Source of the DNA: Hemiscyllium ocellatum
Lineage: Eukaryota
NCBI RefSeq assembly: GCF_020745735.1
Contig: NC_083410.1
Location: forward strand, 84,634,042-84,698,041
Reading direction: 5' to 3'
DNA: 64,000 nt
Part shown: in pieces, positions 13,058 to 26,338 of the stretch
Layout: each line of letters begins with the position of its first letter
How positions within the stretch are numbered: the stretch's first letter is position 1
Notes under the pieces: generated by a model
Seen by the model: the letters and a program-made list of their open reading frames with translations, nothing else
What the model was told of the DNA's origin: nothing
Database searches by the model: none
Made by a program: the position numbers and the translations under genes

Positions 13058-13135
13058 CTAGAATTCCAGCCACTCTGTCATATAGATGCAGGTCGATGGA
13101 GAAATCTCCCCACCTTCATGGCAATCGTCAAATAC
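13058..13135 (-). CDS. POLR3F: POLR3F last coding exon, VFDDCHEGGEISPSTCIYMTEWLEF-stop
   Basis: tttcag| acceptor, TAG stop at 13058-13060; completes the four-Cys Fe-S motif; total CDS 945 nt. Confidence 0.97.
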   Translation of the reverse strand, partial: VFDDCHEGGEISPSTCIYMTEWLEF

Positions 13136-13324
13136 CTGAAAAGTATGAACAGAGGAATTAAACACAAACAGAATAGGACAAGCAATATACAGAACCAACA
13201 TAAGTCTACAAATCAACAGAGGGGTACAGCATCAAGCAGGTATCCAAAAAATTAAAAAGAAATCCTTCTGCTTAATACTGCAGTTAACTATGTACTTTTG
13301 GAGAAAAACAATTTGAGCTGCTCT

Positions 13325-13800
13325 GAAACAACAGAAATTGCTGGAAAAATAGCAGGTCTGGCAGCACCTAGTCATATAAACATTCAGCACAGTGAAAAAA
13401 GTCCCAGCCTATCCAGCCTCTCTTTAAAACCCACCAGTCCTGGCACCATTCTGGCAAATCTTTTGTGAACCATCTCCAATTTAACAATATCCTTCCTATA
13501 AGGGTGACCAGAACTGTACACAGTACTCCAAAACTGGCCTCAATGTCCTGAACAACCTCAATATGAGGTCCCAACTCCTATACTCAAAAGTGTGAGCAGT
13601 GAAGGTAAGCGTGCCAAACACCTCCTTAATCACAGTCTTCCTGTGGTGCAACTTTCAAATTGTGCAGAGAAAAAGAGTTAATGTTTTATGTTTTAATGAG
13701 ACATTAAAACGTAAAGCATTAACTCTGCTTTCTCTCCACAGATGCTGCCAGACCTGCTGTGTTTTTCCAGCAATTTCTGTTTTAGTTTGATCTCAAATTC
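13325..13800. mobile_element. Old fold-back PLE derivative interrupted by an antisense CR1 fragment (~13368-13660)
   Basis: AACAGAAATTGCTGGAAAAA...AGCAGGTCTGGCAGCA mirrored by TGCTGCCAGACCTGCTG...TTTTTCCAGCAATTTCTGTT. Confidence 0.6.
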
Positions 13801-15169
13801 CACAGTTCATTGCTTTTTATTTTTAGGTGATGATCTGTTTAACAACTATGTTTCTCTGGAAGACAATTACTTGTTTTAAAAAAAAAGACAGACTTGTTTG
13901 CCTATTCAGACAATGAAGTACATTTTGAAGTGCAGTTATAGTTGTACTGTTAGAACTTATGTTTAAAGAAAAGAAAAACAGCCCGATTACAGAGCATTGA
14001 TTGTTGAACTTGCAAGTAATCGCCTTGGATTAAATGTCCAGAGTGTCTGCCTCCTGAGAGGGTTTGCATAAATTTGTTGGGAAGGGGAACATCATCTAGT
14101 ATACCGGCAACTCAAAGGACTGTCAGCAGCTACGTAAATGAAGGAGAGGGAAGATCATATAACTGGAAATGGCTCTTTAAGTTGTGGATGAAAAGGAAAC
14201 GGCAGGACTAATGTGTCTTCTTTTCCAAAACAGCAGTACCTGCAGCAGTCTAATATCCAAACTCATGAATTCCCTTACTAAACCTCTTCTACAAGATCTC
14301 CATTAAACTTCTCTTTTCTAATATCTCCTCCTTTGGCTTCCGATTTATAAAGAACTTTGGGAAAATTTTCTGTATTAATGCACAAAGAAATGTTTTTGTA
14401 TACACAGTGACATATTACAACTCAAAACTGTGGTGTTAGTTGCAGCAAAATAGCCAACTTAAAAAATACAAATACAAAATAAAATAAATCATTTTGGGAG
14501 CAAGGGGAGGATTTGAAACTACTGTTAACGACAATTTTGCTGTCATTAAAAGTTCTGTCAATGTTTTTATAACAATAGCTCTGCACCCTTTCAATCATTA
14601 CAGTTACTCCATTGCTGTGATAACAGTCCTAGGAGAACAGTCTGCCAGCAATGAGCAGCAGACAACAGGTGTTGTGTATATCAAAAACAGCAATAAAAAC
14701 TTGAAGTCACAAATTAATCCAAACTGAAACACAGGAAAAGAAGAACATGCGATTTTCCTAAAATGCATCAAAAATTGAAATCTGTTGAGTATGCACTTCC
14801 AAAACAAAGGAATATAGAAGTATAGTTTATATTTAACCACTGATCAGAAAGTCAGCAGAAGGGACTTTTGTAAAAACTATGCATATTTTAGTTGGAAAGA
14901 TAAAGCTGAAAAATACAAGTTTTATGATTAGTTTGTTTTTAGAACTCAAAAGGAAAAGTGGGACTATGGTGCTCTTTTACTGAAACAGGATTTGGTAGTT
15001 TTGCAAGACATGTTGGCACTAGGTTTTCTTTGGAGGGGAAAAGAAAGTAACTGTCAAATATTAACTTGTGGATTGGTTCAAGTAACAGTTTTTCACTGAA
15101 CTGAGAGAAGACAGAACAGCTGGAAGGAGGCCTCCAAAAAGACTGCCAGCAAGCAAAATCACTCTGTCA

Positions 15170-17840
15170 GGGCAGGCGATGGCATAGTGGTATTATCATG
15201 AAACTATTAATCCAGAAACTCAGCTAATGTTGTGGAGACCTAGGTTTTAATCCTGGCAGATTGTTGAATTTGAATTTAATAAAAAAATCTGGAATTCTAC
15301 TGATGATCATGAAACTATTGATGACAGTTGGAAAAACCCATCTGGCTCATTCATGTCCTTCTGCCATCCTCATCTGATCTGGCCGACATAGGACTCAAGA
15401 TCTACTGCAATGTGTTTGACTCTCAATTGCCCTCTGAAATGGTTCAGCAATGCACTCAGTTGTAACAATCAAAATCTCAACACAGAAATGAAACCACCTA
15501 GCATTGACCCAGAAAGATAACCTCCTGCTGATTACCATACACCATTCTCCCTCAGCTGATGAATCAGTACTCCTCTAGTTGAAAAGCACTTGGAGGAAGA
15601 ACGGAGGTGGCAAAGGTACAAACTGTACACTGGGTGGGGATTTCAAAGCCCACCATCAAGAGTACTCTGAAGCAACACTGCTGGTCTGGTCTAAAAGGTC
15701 TGACATCAAGGGATCTTACAAAAAAAAACATACTTAACCTCATCCTTACCAATCTGTCAGCTACAGATACATCTGTCCGTGACAGTATTGGGAAGGGTGA
15801 CCACTACACTGTCCTTGTGGAGACAAAGTCCACCTTCACATTGGGAAAACCTACACTCATGTTGATACTATCATCATGCTAAATGGGACAGACTTTGAAG
15901 TGATTGGGCATACAGCATGGGCTATCAACAGCTATCCAAAATAATCTGCAAGCCAGGCCTAGCATACACTTCATCCCCCCACATCCACACCCCTACCACA
16001 CTCCAAAACTCAACCATTACCATCAAGCCAGGTTCAATGGAGACAGCAAGAGGGGATGCCAGGAGCAGCACTGGATATACCTAAAATGAGTTGTCAACCT
16101 GAGGAAGCTGTCAAACAAGATTACAAACAAATGGATCAGATCCAAGCTGTGTCACATCCAGTCATGAACAGTGATGAACAATCAAACAACTCACTGGAGG
16201 AGGCGATTCCACAAATATCTCCATCCCCGATAATGGAAGAAGCGAACATATCAGCACAAAAGATAAGGCTGAAGCATTGGCAACAATATTCAGCCTTAAG
16301 TGCTAAGTGGATGACCAATCTTGGCCTCCTCAATGGCCCCAGTATCATAGATACCAGCCTTCAACCAACCCAATTCACTATGTGATAATAATAAACGACT
16401 GGGGGCACTGGATAGTAAAAGACTATGGATCCTGACAACATTCTGGCAATATTACTGAAGACTTGTGCTTCAGAACTTGCTGCAACCTTAGCCAAGTAGT
16501 TTACAGCACAGCTACAACACTGGTATCTACTTGACAATACAGGTATGTCCTCCTATATTCAAACATCAGAACAAATTCAACCAGCAAATTACTGCCCCAG
16601 TTTATTCTTGAACACCAGTAAAGTGATGGAAAGCGTAATCAAAAGTGCTATCAAGCAACACCTGCTCAATGACATTCAGCTTGGCTTCTGCCAGGGTCAC
16701 CGAACTCCTGACCTCATTACAGACTTGGTTGAAATGTAGACAAAAGAGCGGAGTTCCAAAGATGAGGTGAGAATGACAGACCCTGATATCAAGGCTGCAT
16801 TTGACCAAGTGCGGTATCAAAGAGCTCTTGCAAAACCGGAGTCAATGGGAACTGGGGAAAAGCTCTCTGCTGGTTGGAATCATACCTGGCACATTGGAAA
16901 ATGGTTGTGGTTGTTGGAGGTCAGTTATCTCAGCTCCAGGATATCTCAGTAGAGAATCCTCAAGGTACTGTCTTAGGCTCAATGATCTTCAACTGTTTGA
17001 TCAATGATCTTCCCTCCATCACAACGTCTGAAGCAGGGATGTTTGCCACTGATTGAACAATTCACAACTCCTCAGATACTGAAGGAGCTCACGTTCAAAT
17101 GCAAGATCTGGACAATATTCAGGCGTGGGTGGACAAATGGCAAGTGACATTCGCACTATACAAAATGTCAGGCATTGATCATCTCCAATGAGAGACGAAC
17201 CTACCACCGCCCTTCAGTGTTATCATCAACATTCTTTGGTATTACCCTTAACCAGAAACTAAACTGTACTCACCACAAGAACGATCCGAGACTGGAATAC
17301 TGCAGTGAGTAACTACTCTCTGACTTTTCAAAGCCAGTCCACCACCTACAAGGCACAAGTCAGGAGTGCGATGAATAGTCGCCACTTGCCTGGATGGATG
17401 CAGCTCCAACAACACTCATGAAGCTTGACACCATCCAGGACAGAACGACCTTCTTGATTGGCACCACATCTGCAAACATCCACCATCTACGCTCAGTAGC
17501 AGCAGTGTTTTACTATTTATAAAATGCTCTGCAGAAATTCCAAGATCTTTGCTGAACACCTTCCAAACCTATGACCATGTCCACATAGAAGGACATGGGA
17601 AGCAAATACTTGGGAAGACCACCTTCAAATTCTCCTCCAAGCCTCCAAGTGAAGTTCACCTTCACTGACGCTGGGTCAAAATCCAGGAATTTCCTCCCTG
17701 AATGACATTGCATCCCACATCTAGACTGCAGCAGTTCAACAAGGCAGCTCATCACCATTGTCTCAAGGGTAACTAGGGACAAGCAATAAACACTGGACAG
17801 CCAATGAGCCATCCATATGCCATGAATGAATAAAGATAAA
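15170..17840 (+). mobile_element. Decayed, near full-span CR1/L2-group LINE with a tRNA-like head
   Basis: Endonuclease motifs (LNLILTN, GDHYTV), RT motifs (PANYCP, DIKAAFDQV, PQGTVLG, FATD), 3' tail GCAATAAA...CATGAATGAATAAA. Confidence 0.8.
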
Positions 17841-18508
17841 TAATACACAAAAGACTTTGCAAAAAGAACAAATTGTTAACTTAAGCAAAGACCCATGCTC
17901 AATTGACTTGTTACTGAACTGAGGATTGCCTCAATTGGCATCATGATATCATTACCAAACGGGAACTGTGAGAACGTCACCTAATTTCTCCTTGAGATTT
18001 GGATTCTGACACATAAATCTTGTGCCTGTATTTTCCACCAACTTCTTCCTACAAAAACTATTTATCTCATTTTCCCATGCTGTGTGTGAGCAAATGTACA
18101 TGCTTAGATTTAAAGAGGGCAGAATTTAAATTTGCAAATTAATGAATAATGTCTGTCATACGTTAAAGGATAGTTTTGCTATAATTTATTAAGTTTTGTT
18201 TTCTTCTTCATTGACGAAATCCGGAGAATTTTCCTTATCTTAGACAGTGATACAGTGGATCATTAACTATCCTTGACCTTAAATTGGTCATATTTCACAT
18301 TTGTGCTGAGTTCTAAAGCTCAACTTCCAGCGCATTATTTTTAAATCAGTGTTGTAACACTGCGCTGTTAAGTATTATCTACAAATGATAAAGTAATAGA
18401 GGTTGTTTTCAACTCTAGTAATTTATTTCTCTAACCCAAGTAGCAGGGAGTAACTAAGATGTAATTAAAAGGATAACACATAACTAGCCTAGAAGATAAC
18501 ATACTTAC

Positions 18509-18700
18509 TGGGCACATTCCACAAGGTGTCCGCATCAAGCCAGTGGGCTGAATGATGAGATTAACTGCCCGATACAGCTTCATTTGTCCATCCACACTCC
18601 CAACAGTCCCTTCCTTTGCGGCTATGATGGTCATCTCCACCTTTCCGTCATATATCAATGTATTCAGAATGGTTTCAATGTCTTCCATAGAGAGCTCCAC
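18509..18700 (-). CDS. POLR3F: POLR3F coding exon 8, VELSMEDIETILNTLIYDGKVEM...LMRTPCGMCP
   Basis: Overlaps ORF 18431..18700; tctcag| and |gtaagt splice sites; 192 nt; first two Cys of the 4Fe-4S motif. Confidence 0.98.
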
Positions 18701-18766
18701 CTGAGATTACAAAAGCTATTGAAGTTATTCACAGTCACTGAGCAATAGGGAAGATTCACAGATTAT

Positions 18767-20598
18767 TTCAAAAATATACTTTATTCATAAAATAATTTGA
18801 TGGTCTGTACAGTTGGTCATGCCATATGTACGTAAACATTTGCATACAGAGATCAGAATTTATCATTTGTACATACAGGTCTGTCCATTTATCAATCATA
18901 TATCCATATATTTAGCTGACGCATCAGCAGAGCCCAAATGACTGCGTGGGCCCCCTGCTCTTCGTGGGCAGGTAGATGTTACACAGTGGTCTTTCCCCAC
19001 CGTGCCTTGACGGCAGCTGCCACAAGCTTCACTGTATCCCTCAATACATAGTCCTGGACCTTGGAATGTGCCAGTCTGCAACACTCAGTCGGGGTCAACT
19101 CCTTCAGCTGGAAGATCAACAGGTTTTGGACTGCCCAGAGAGCATCCTTCACCGCGTTGATGATCCTCCAGGCACAGTTGATGTTCGTCTCGGTGTGTGT
19201 CCCGGGGAAACAGACCATAGAGAACGGAGTCCCGCGTCACGGCGCTGCTCAGGACGAACCTCGACAAACACCACTGCATTCCTCTCCAGACTTCTTCTGC
19301 GTAGGCACATTCCAGGAGGAGGTGTGCGGCAGTGTTGTTCCCCCCGCAGCCGCTTCGGGGGCAGCATGCGGTGCTGCTGAGAGTCCGGGCGTGCATAAAG
19401 GATCTCACAGGTAGACCCCTTCTCACCACCAGCCAAGCCATGTCTTGGTGCTTGTTGGAAAGTTCTGGTGATGAGGCATTCTGCCAAATGGCTTTGACAG
19501 TCCGCTCAGGGAACCGCTTGATAGGATCGGCCCTTTCCTTTTCCCGAAGGGTCTCAAGGACACTATATGCAGACCACTTCCCGATGGACTTGTGGTCAAA
19601 GGTGTTTTCTTCATAAACTTCTCCACAAAGGACAGGTGATACGGAACGGTCCAACTACTCGGAGCATTCTGCGGCAGCGAGGCCAGGCCCATCCTTCGCA
19701 ACACCTGGGACAGGTAGAACCTCAGTACGTAGTGACACTTGGTGTTTGCGTACCGGGGATCCACACACAGCTTGATGCAGTCGCACACAAAGGTGGCCAT
19801 CAAGGTGAGGGTGGCTTTGGGTGTATTTTTTCCCCCATTGCCCAGATCTTTATACAGCGAGTCCCTTCGGACCCGGTCCATCTTTGACCTCCATATAAAT
19901 TGGGAGGTGGCTCGGGTGACTGCAGCGGCGCAGGTTCTGGGAACAGGGCAGACCTGTGCCACATATAACAGCAATGACAATGCCTCACACCTGATGACAG
20001 GTTTTTTTCCCCACAATGGAGAGCGACCGTAGCTTCCATCTGCCCAGTTTCTGCCTCACTTTGCTGATACGCTCCTCCTAAGACTTGGCACACATCCCAG
20101 CACCCCCCCCCACCGAACCAAACACTCAGCACCTCAGATGGTCGGTCCTGACGGTGAAGGGGATCGAGGATTGGTGAGCCCAGTTCCCCAAGAGCATGGC
20201 CTCGTTCTTGCCTCGGTTTACCTTGGCCTCCGAGGCCCATTCGAACTGGTCATATATGCACAAGAGTCTGCACACGGACAGTGGATCCGAGCAGAAAACG
20301 GCGACGTCATCCATGTACAGGGAGGCCTTAACCTGCAGGCCCCCGCTGCCAGGAATAGTCACCCCTCTCAGGCTCGCATCCTTCCTGATGGACTCGGCAA
20401 ATGGCTCTATGCAGCACACAAACAAGGCAGGAGAGAGAGAGAGGGCAGCCCTGCCTGACTCCAGATCTGACTGGGAAGCTATCTGATTCCCACCCATTGA
20501 TTGAAACTGCACTGAATGTTGGTGTACAGCAGTCTGATCCAATTGCAGATTCCCTCCCCAAAGCCCATTTTGGAGAGAACGTCTCTCATATACATGTG
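18767..20598 (-). mobile_element. Tx1-clade (L1 group) non-LTR retrotransposon, 5'-truncated ORF2 plus 3' UTR
   Basis: GVRQGCPLS, LYMDDV, C-terminal CPRSGC...HLLLEC zinc motif, AATAAA at 18780-18785; CpG retained, so relatively young. Confidence 0.88.
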
Positions 20599-21282
20599 CA
20601 GACACAACAGAAAACTCAAATGTACAAAAAAGTCAAGCTATTTGTTGGAATGAGAAGTGATTTAGTACTAGTCCAATCCAACAACCGTTTTAGTGATTAG
20701 TACTGGTGATTTAGTCTTGACGCAGCCCATTAACTTTCAGCAGTGGTTCCTTTAAACTAGGAACAGAACAGTAGTTTTCTACATATAGCTACAGAACCAG
20801 TAAACTACAAATCCAGAGGATATAGTTGTTTAAATAGTAAAATATGGATGGGCATGAGTGTAAGTCCTGTGTAAGAACTAGCCATTAACCCTTAGAAGAA
20901 CAAAACAGGTTTATTGAGTTTAGCCACTGATGAGCAATTGAACTCCAGATATCGGTCTTTGTCTATATTCCTTAACAAATGTTAGTTGACAAAAATCTCT
21001 GTTTCAAAGTTAACAATTGATCTAACATTCTGTCACTAATGGCAATTAATGTTTCAAATTTCTACCACTTGTTGCACATGCAAATGTTCCCAATTTCAAT
21101 CCTTAAGTTTAGGGTCTAGTTTTTTTTTTAAAAAGGTTATACACTTTAGTCCTATACACAATAACCCAAAGCAATCATTTCTCTGTATTTCAATACATCT
21201 GCTCCCCTTCACATCAAATCACATCAACTTTCTTTTCGCTGGTAATGGTAATAACCATAATTTATTAAATCTCAACTCATAG

Positions 21283-21603
21283 ATAAGATTAGATTACTTA
21301 TAGTGTGGAAACAGGCCCTTCGCCCCAGCAAGTCCACACTGAACTTTCTTAGAACAACCCACCCATACCCATCCCCCTACAATTGCCCCTTCAACTAACA
21401 TTACAGGCAATTTAGCATGGCCAATTCACTGAACCTGCACATTTTTTGGACTGTGGGAGGAAACCGGAGCACCCGGAGGAAACCCAAGCAGACACGGGGA
21501 GAATGTGCAAACTCCACACAGACTGTTGCTCGAGGTGGGAATTGAACCCGCGTCTCTTGGCGCTGTGAGGCAGCAGTGCTAACCACTGTGCCACCGTTCC
21601 GCC
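21283..21603 (-). mobile_element. HE1-type V-SINE
   Basis: tRNA-like head GGTGGCACAGTGGTTAGCACTG, V-domain GTGTGGAGTTTGCACATTCTCCCCGTG, TAATC tail. Confidence 0.9.
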
Positions 21604-21649
21604 GCTTGACTCTGATGGTCAAGTTATCATGTCACTAAATATATGCTAA

Positions 21650-22310
21650 GATCTCTGTAAGACCAACAGGTCCAAGCTGTCAAGATGACCTGAGCTGTGC
21701 TGAAGTACAAAGGACAGTAGATTTGCAACCTAGTTGTGCTAGTGCTCTTGCAAAGAAAATTCACTTGTGTCTTGGTCTCATCAGAGATGATGATAGTAAG
21801 TTTAGAATCTGTCAGTAATCACTCCAGTATAGATGGGAATTGGGTCATACTGCATTTTTTCTTCCCAGGCAACTTTTAGGGTGTTAGGTACCTTTCGGGT
21901 CGAATGCAGAGACAATGGACCTGGTTATCTTCAACTTGTAGAAACGTTCATCCATTTTTGACAGGCCAAAGTTTAGTGCAGCCTCTGTATCCTGGAAAGA
22001 TTTTGTCCAAGTTGTCAATACAATATTATTGGCAAAAGTAAATTTTCATGATGGGGATGCCACGTAGCTAACATGGATATTAAAAAAGGTCGGCACCATA
22101 ATGTCTTGTGGGAGATCAAAGTGATTCTAGAGAGTTGACTTTGTCCCATCAGTGGATCTACATTGCAAAGTAATAGAACAATGTCCACAGTAGACAGGTA
22201 CATGATAGCAACAGGGGCAATTTGAGCAGCAATCTATGTTTCCATACTATTGAAAGTTTCATAGATTTATGAAAGCAGCTTTTCAAGGGCTTGTTTACAG
22301 AAACTGCGAT
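21650..22310 (-). mobile_element. Decayed Vingi/Ingi-like LINE RT fragment
   Basis: Minus-strand PTFFNI, FANNIVLTT (YADD-like) and LKVAWEEKMQYDPIPIYTGVITDR. Confidence 0.5.
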
Positions 22311-22734
22311 ATATTCATCCATGGCCACATCTGCCTTCATAGGTCGATGTGAAAGATCCCACATACCATTTGAAAGAAGAGTAGGATATTCTCCCCAAGA
22401 CTTGGCTAATATTTAACCCTCAACAATCATAGCTGGAATATGATGGCCATGGTTTTATAGCAAATGACAGATCAATAGTGCACTTTAAATGATCTTCGAG
22501 AAAGCTGCACACAAAGATCAAGCAACTCGTGTGGTATGTTGCCCCCTCTTCTTAATGGCTGTTTAAGTGAGGTTAATGGGAACGATTTGGTGTGTAACAG
22601 CAGTGATGTCAATTAAGTAACCAATTACACTGAAGCACTGAGACATAGCAAACCAGAATGCTAAAAATACTTAAATTTCACTTTTAATCCAAATTTTCAG
22701 ATAGCCAAATACTCAATTGGGTTAAGGTAAAAGT

Positions 22735-23050
22735 TGGCTCAGTGGTTAGCACTGCCACCTCACCGCGCCAGGAACCCGGGTTCGATTCCAGCCTCGGACC
22801 ACTGTCTGTGTGGAGTTTGCACATTCTCCCAGTGTCTGTGTGGGTTTCCTCTGGGTGCTCTGGTTTCCTCCCCAATCCAAAGATGTGCGGATCAGGTGAA
22901 TTGGCCATTCTAAATTGCCCATAGCGTTCGGAGATATGTAGGTTAGGCACATTAGTCAGGGGTAAAATGTAGGGGTCTGGATCTGGGTGGGTTACTCTTT
23001 GGAGGGTCAGTGTGGACTTGTTAGGTTGAATGGCCTGTTTCCACACTGTA
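22735..23050 (+). mobile_element. HE1-type V-SINE
   Basis: GGCTCAGTGGTTAGCACTG head, GGTTCGATTCC B-box, V-domain. Confidence 0.9.
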
Positions 23051-23740
23051 GTGCTCTATAAAAATCTGTGAAAGATATGGAAATTATTAGAGAGACACTT
23101 AGCATATACAAATATAGAATTAGCTCTTTCAGGGTTAGTTAGAGTTTAACAATAATTATGAGGTTATTATGGTGTTGAAAGCTCAGTTACATGTTATTCA
23201 ATGCAGTGATGAGTGATATAGATGCCAATCATATCACAAGGACTCCATATCACTCATGCATTGGAGTGCAAATAGTTGGATTTTATCTCATTAGCTTGAG
23301 TTAATCAAGAATATTCAGTACTTTGTGGTTCTCAGACTGGTATTAAAGATAAAGAATGACAATATTATCCCACGATAGCTCAATATAGAGTACAGCGGTT
23401 ATGTTAGCAACCTACCATTGTGGTCAGCTAGTTCCCCTGTGGAAAATCATCATCAGTAAGTGGTGAGGCTGGTACAATTACAACATTTAAAAGATTTCTG
23501 GATAGGTATATGAATAGGAAGGGTTTAGAGGGATGGGCCAAATGCTGGCAAATGGGACTAGATTAATTTAGAATATCTGGTTGGCATGGACAAGTTGGAC
23601 CAAAGTGTTGGTTTCTGTGCTGTCGATCTCCAGGACTCTAACTCTATGACCTGGTAACCTTGACACTCAATTATCTTCTAACCAAGTAGGACAATATTTT
23701 CTGTGACAACTCAAACATTCAACTTTCCATTTTTCTATAC

Positions 23741-23848
23741 CTTGCTGATACCCAATTCACAGATGTATTTCCACACTTCGTGGGATGAAGCAAATGAACT
23801 GTTCCTCTGTACCACTGGACTTTGTTTACTCTCACGGGCCACTTCTGC
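23741..23848 (-). CDS. POLR3F: POLR3F coding exon 7, AEVARESKQSPVVQRNSSFASSHEVWKYICELGISK
   Basis: ctacag| and |gtatag splice sites; 108 nt. Confidence 0.97.
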
Positions 23849-24141
23849 CTGTAGGGAACACATTGTTGTTTTCACCATTAGTCTCAATTTCCATGTAATA
23901 GTGCTCAATGTCATGATTCAAATTTCCATTCATTACAGTGGTGTACAGCATTCTCTGCAGTTATATCACTTATAGGTTTACATTAAGTATCAAATGCTTC
24001 CAACAATGTGCAATGTAATATTAGGGAACCTAGACTCAAAAACTTGGATGCAAGTAGTTTGATATTGTTAAATTGAAGGAGTGTACTGTACCTTTAAGAA
24101 AAACTGAATGCTGTTCTGAACTGAGAACTTACAAGCACATA

Positions 24142-24822
24142 TGTATATGACTGAATGGCAATCCCAGAGAGTATTGGAAAGTCGAAAATATGTAACATTT
24201 GGCTGTGAAATGGATACCTGAGTTTTGGTTGCTGTTTGACAACAATTTGAATTTAACCAGTTTAAATTACGCCCCAAGACATTAAAACCCAATCGAGTTT
24301 AAATTTATTGGTTCCATGTCAGCAAAACAACGAGACAATCAGGTGTTGGGGGTACAAAAATGTGGCTATTTTGAAAATTGGTCAGAGAGCAACTGCCATT
24401 GAGGCAGCTCCAAGAAATTAGGAAACACTCTCTACCTTTTCATTTGCAACATACTCACAGCCAAAAAAAAGATGACGACCCAGGGAATTCAGCAGCCAGA
24501 AGAGTGAAGTCACAGAAGATGACAGTGGCTATGTGGTATCGAAACTAAGTTGATGTAATCTTAATAAGCGTCTTATTGGAACAGCATATTATTATGGAGT
24601 TGGAGGTGGGTAATAAGCAGTTAGGAGAAAGGGGGGCTTAGAGTTGTGAATAGTTGTTGTTTAACATTCACTTTTAGAGATTAAAAAAAATTGATGTTAT
24701 TTTCTTTAAATAGTGGAATATGAGAGTTCTCATAACTCATATTTTTACAGATGATGAGGCAAGGTGAGCTTTTCTGGGTGTTTGGTTTCATTAACAGAGG
24801 GGTTCACCACCGTGTCATAACA
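24142..24822. mobile_element. Possible solo LTR
   Basis: Begins TGTATATGAC, ends GTCATAACA (imperfect terminal inverted repeat, TG..CA), ATAT-like flanks, no ORF. Confidence 0.35.
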
Positions 24823-26194
24823 ATATAAGGATATTTTAATCATAAAGAGCAGTGGAACCTCAGGAATATGCTGTTTCTTCACATAGTGGATACCCATTTC
24901 TCAGAGCAAGAGCCCTGTCTGCATCTGACAAGGTCAGGGTTCAAATCATATAACAAGTGAGTTCTGCATAGTGTTATCAGGTCCAGAACCTTTTCATGGA
25001 TTTGTTTTGATGTCATAAAATTATTCCAGCTTCACTCTCAACTCTCCATTCTTAAATTATACTTTAGTCAATATATCGGTTTATTGTTGCTCAGATCAAA
25101 TGGCTTTTGGAGAGATTTGAGCAGTGTATATGACACATGCAAAAACCATTTCTTTGTATTTATCCACATTTTTGATTATGGACTAAAATGGAGGAAAAAA
25201 ATGATCAGCTCAAGAATTAACTCAGCAGACACTGTGGTCAGGGATCACAAAACTGCCTTCTCAGTCTTTCCTTCCAACTATAACACGCTTTTCCTTTTCC
25301 TTGACTGTGTATGTAATGTGTAGAGAGAGAGAGCATGTAAGGGGACTAGAGTTTTAACTGGTAGAGTTTTATGTCTATGGTTCATTAATGTATATGGAGT
25401 TTGACTATTTTTACAAATAAGTATCTTTTTTGATACATACAGATACCTAGTCAGTACTTTCAATGAACCAAAGTCTGAAAGGAAAATAAATTTGAGAATA
25501 CACTGTATTTTCCAAAAATATTTAACTTCTGTGATGACATCAGGAATAGCAAGGCTTGCTAACCCTTGCATAACAATGCACATGGCAATATAACTGTTTG
25601 AGACAGGCACAATAGACCAGAATGTCATTTCCTCACCCTCCCTGTTTAAATAGCATTGCAGCTTAGCACCAGTGGCAAATACCTGTCATTCCCTGAACAA
25701 CAAATTTACTAATTCAGAAAGCACAATGTACTGTAAAAAAAACTGATCATGACTTGTAGATATTAAAGCTTGGAGAAAAGTCTAGAGGAACTTGTGTGAT
25801 TGACACAGACAATATAAGGGAGGAGAATAGGACTACAGAGGAGGATAAATTAGTCTTGTCACTGACTGAAAGAAATGAAGCACTAAAGTCATTTGCAAAC
25901 TCTAAAATAGGTACAAACATGGTGGGCTAAATAGTGTAATGTGCTGTACGGTTTTACGTTCTATGTTTCTTTTAAACCTGATGAAGCCAAATCATTATCA
26001 GGCCGATACTTTTTATAGCAAAAGAGCAACCTTCCAAAATGTTTAGATTAAATTATAGGTACAAGTCACAAGCATGATCTCTCATTGTTGTACTTTGTTG
26101 TTGGAACACCTACTGCATTACACATTAAAATTTTCCTGATTCTGTAGAAGTAGTGAGAATGAGAGAATGAGAAAGTAACCTTTCTATGCCATAC

Positions 26195-26338
26195 CTTATT
26201 CTGTAAGAATTTGAAGCACTGCTGATTCAACACCTCCACAAACTCGGACTCAAAATCCTGGTCACTGTACCATGCTCCACCAGTCACAGATCGATCTGGC
26301 TGCAGATTATATAACATGTACACTTTTTTCTTCGAAGC
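26195..26338 (-). CDS. POLR3F: POLR3F coding exon 6, ASKKKVYMLYNLQPDRSVTGGAWYSDQDFESEFVEVLNQQCFKFLQNK
   Basis: Overlaps ORF 26066..26323; ttccag| and |gtatgg splice sites; 144 nt. Confidence 0.98.

Noticed and set aside
21540-21603. tRNA-like A/B boxes (also at 22735, 35964 and ~51730)
   Set aside because: These are SINE heads followed by a V-domain, not tRNA genes.
24141-24161. Plus-strand MYMTEWQ resembling the POLR3F C-terminus IYMTEWL
   Set aside because: Wrong strand, no flanking similarity; the true last exon is at 13058-13135, so this is a chance match.
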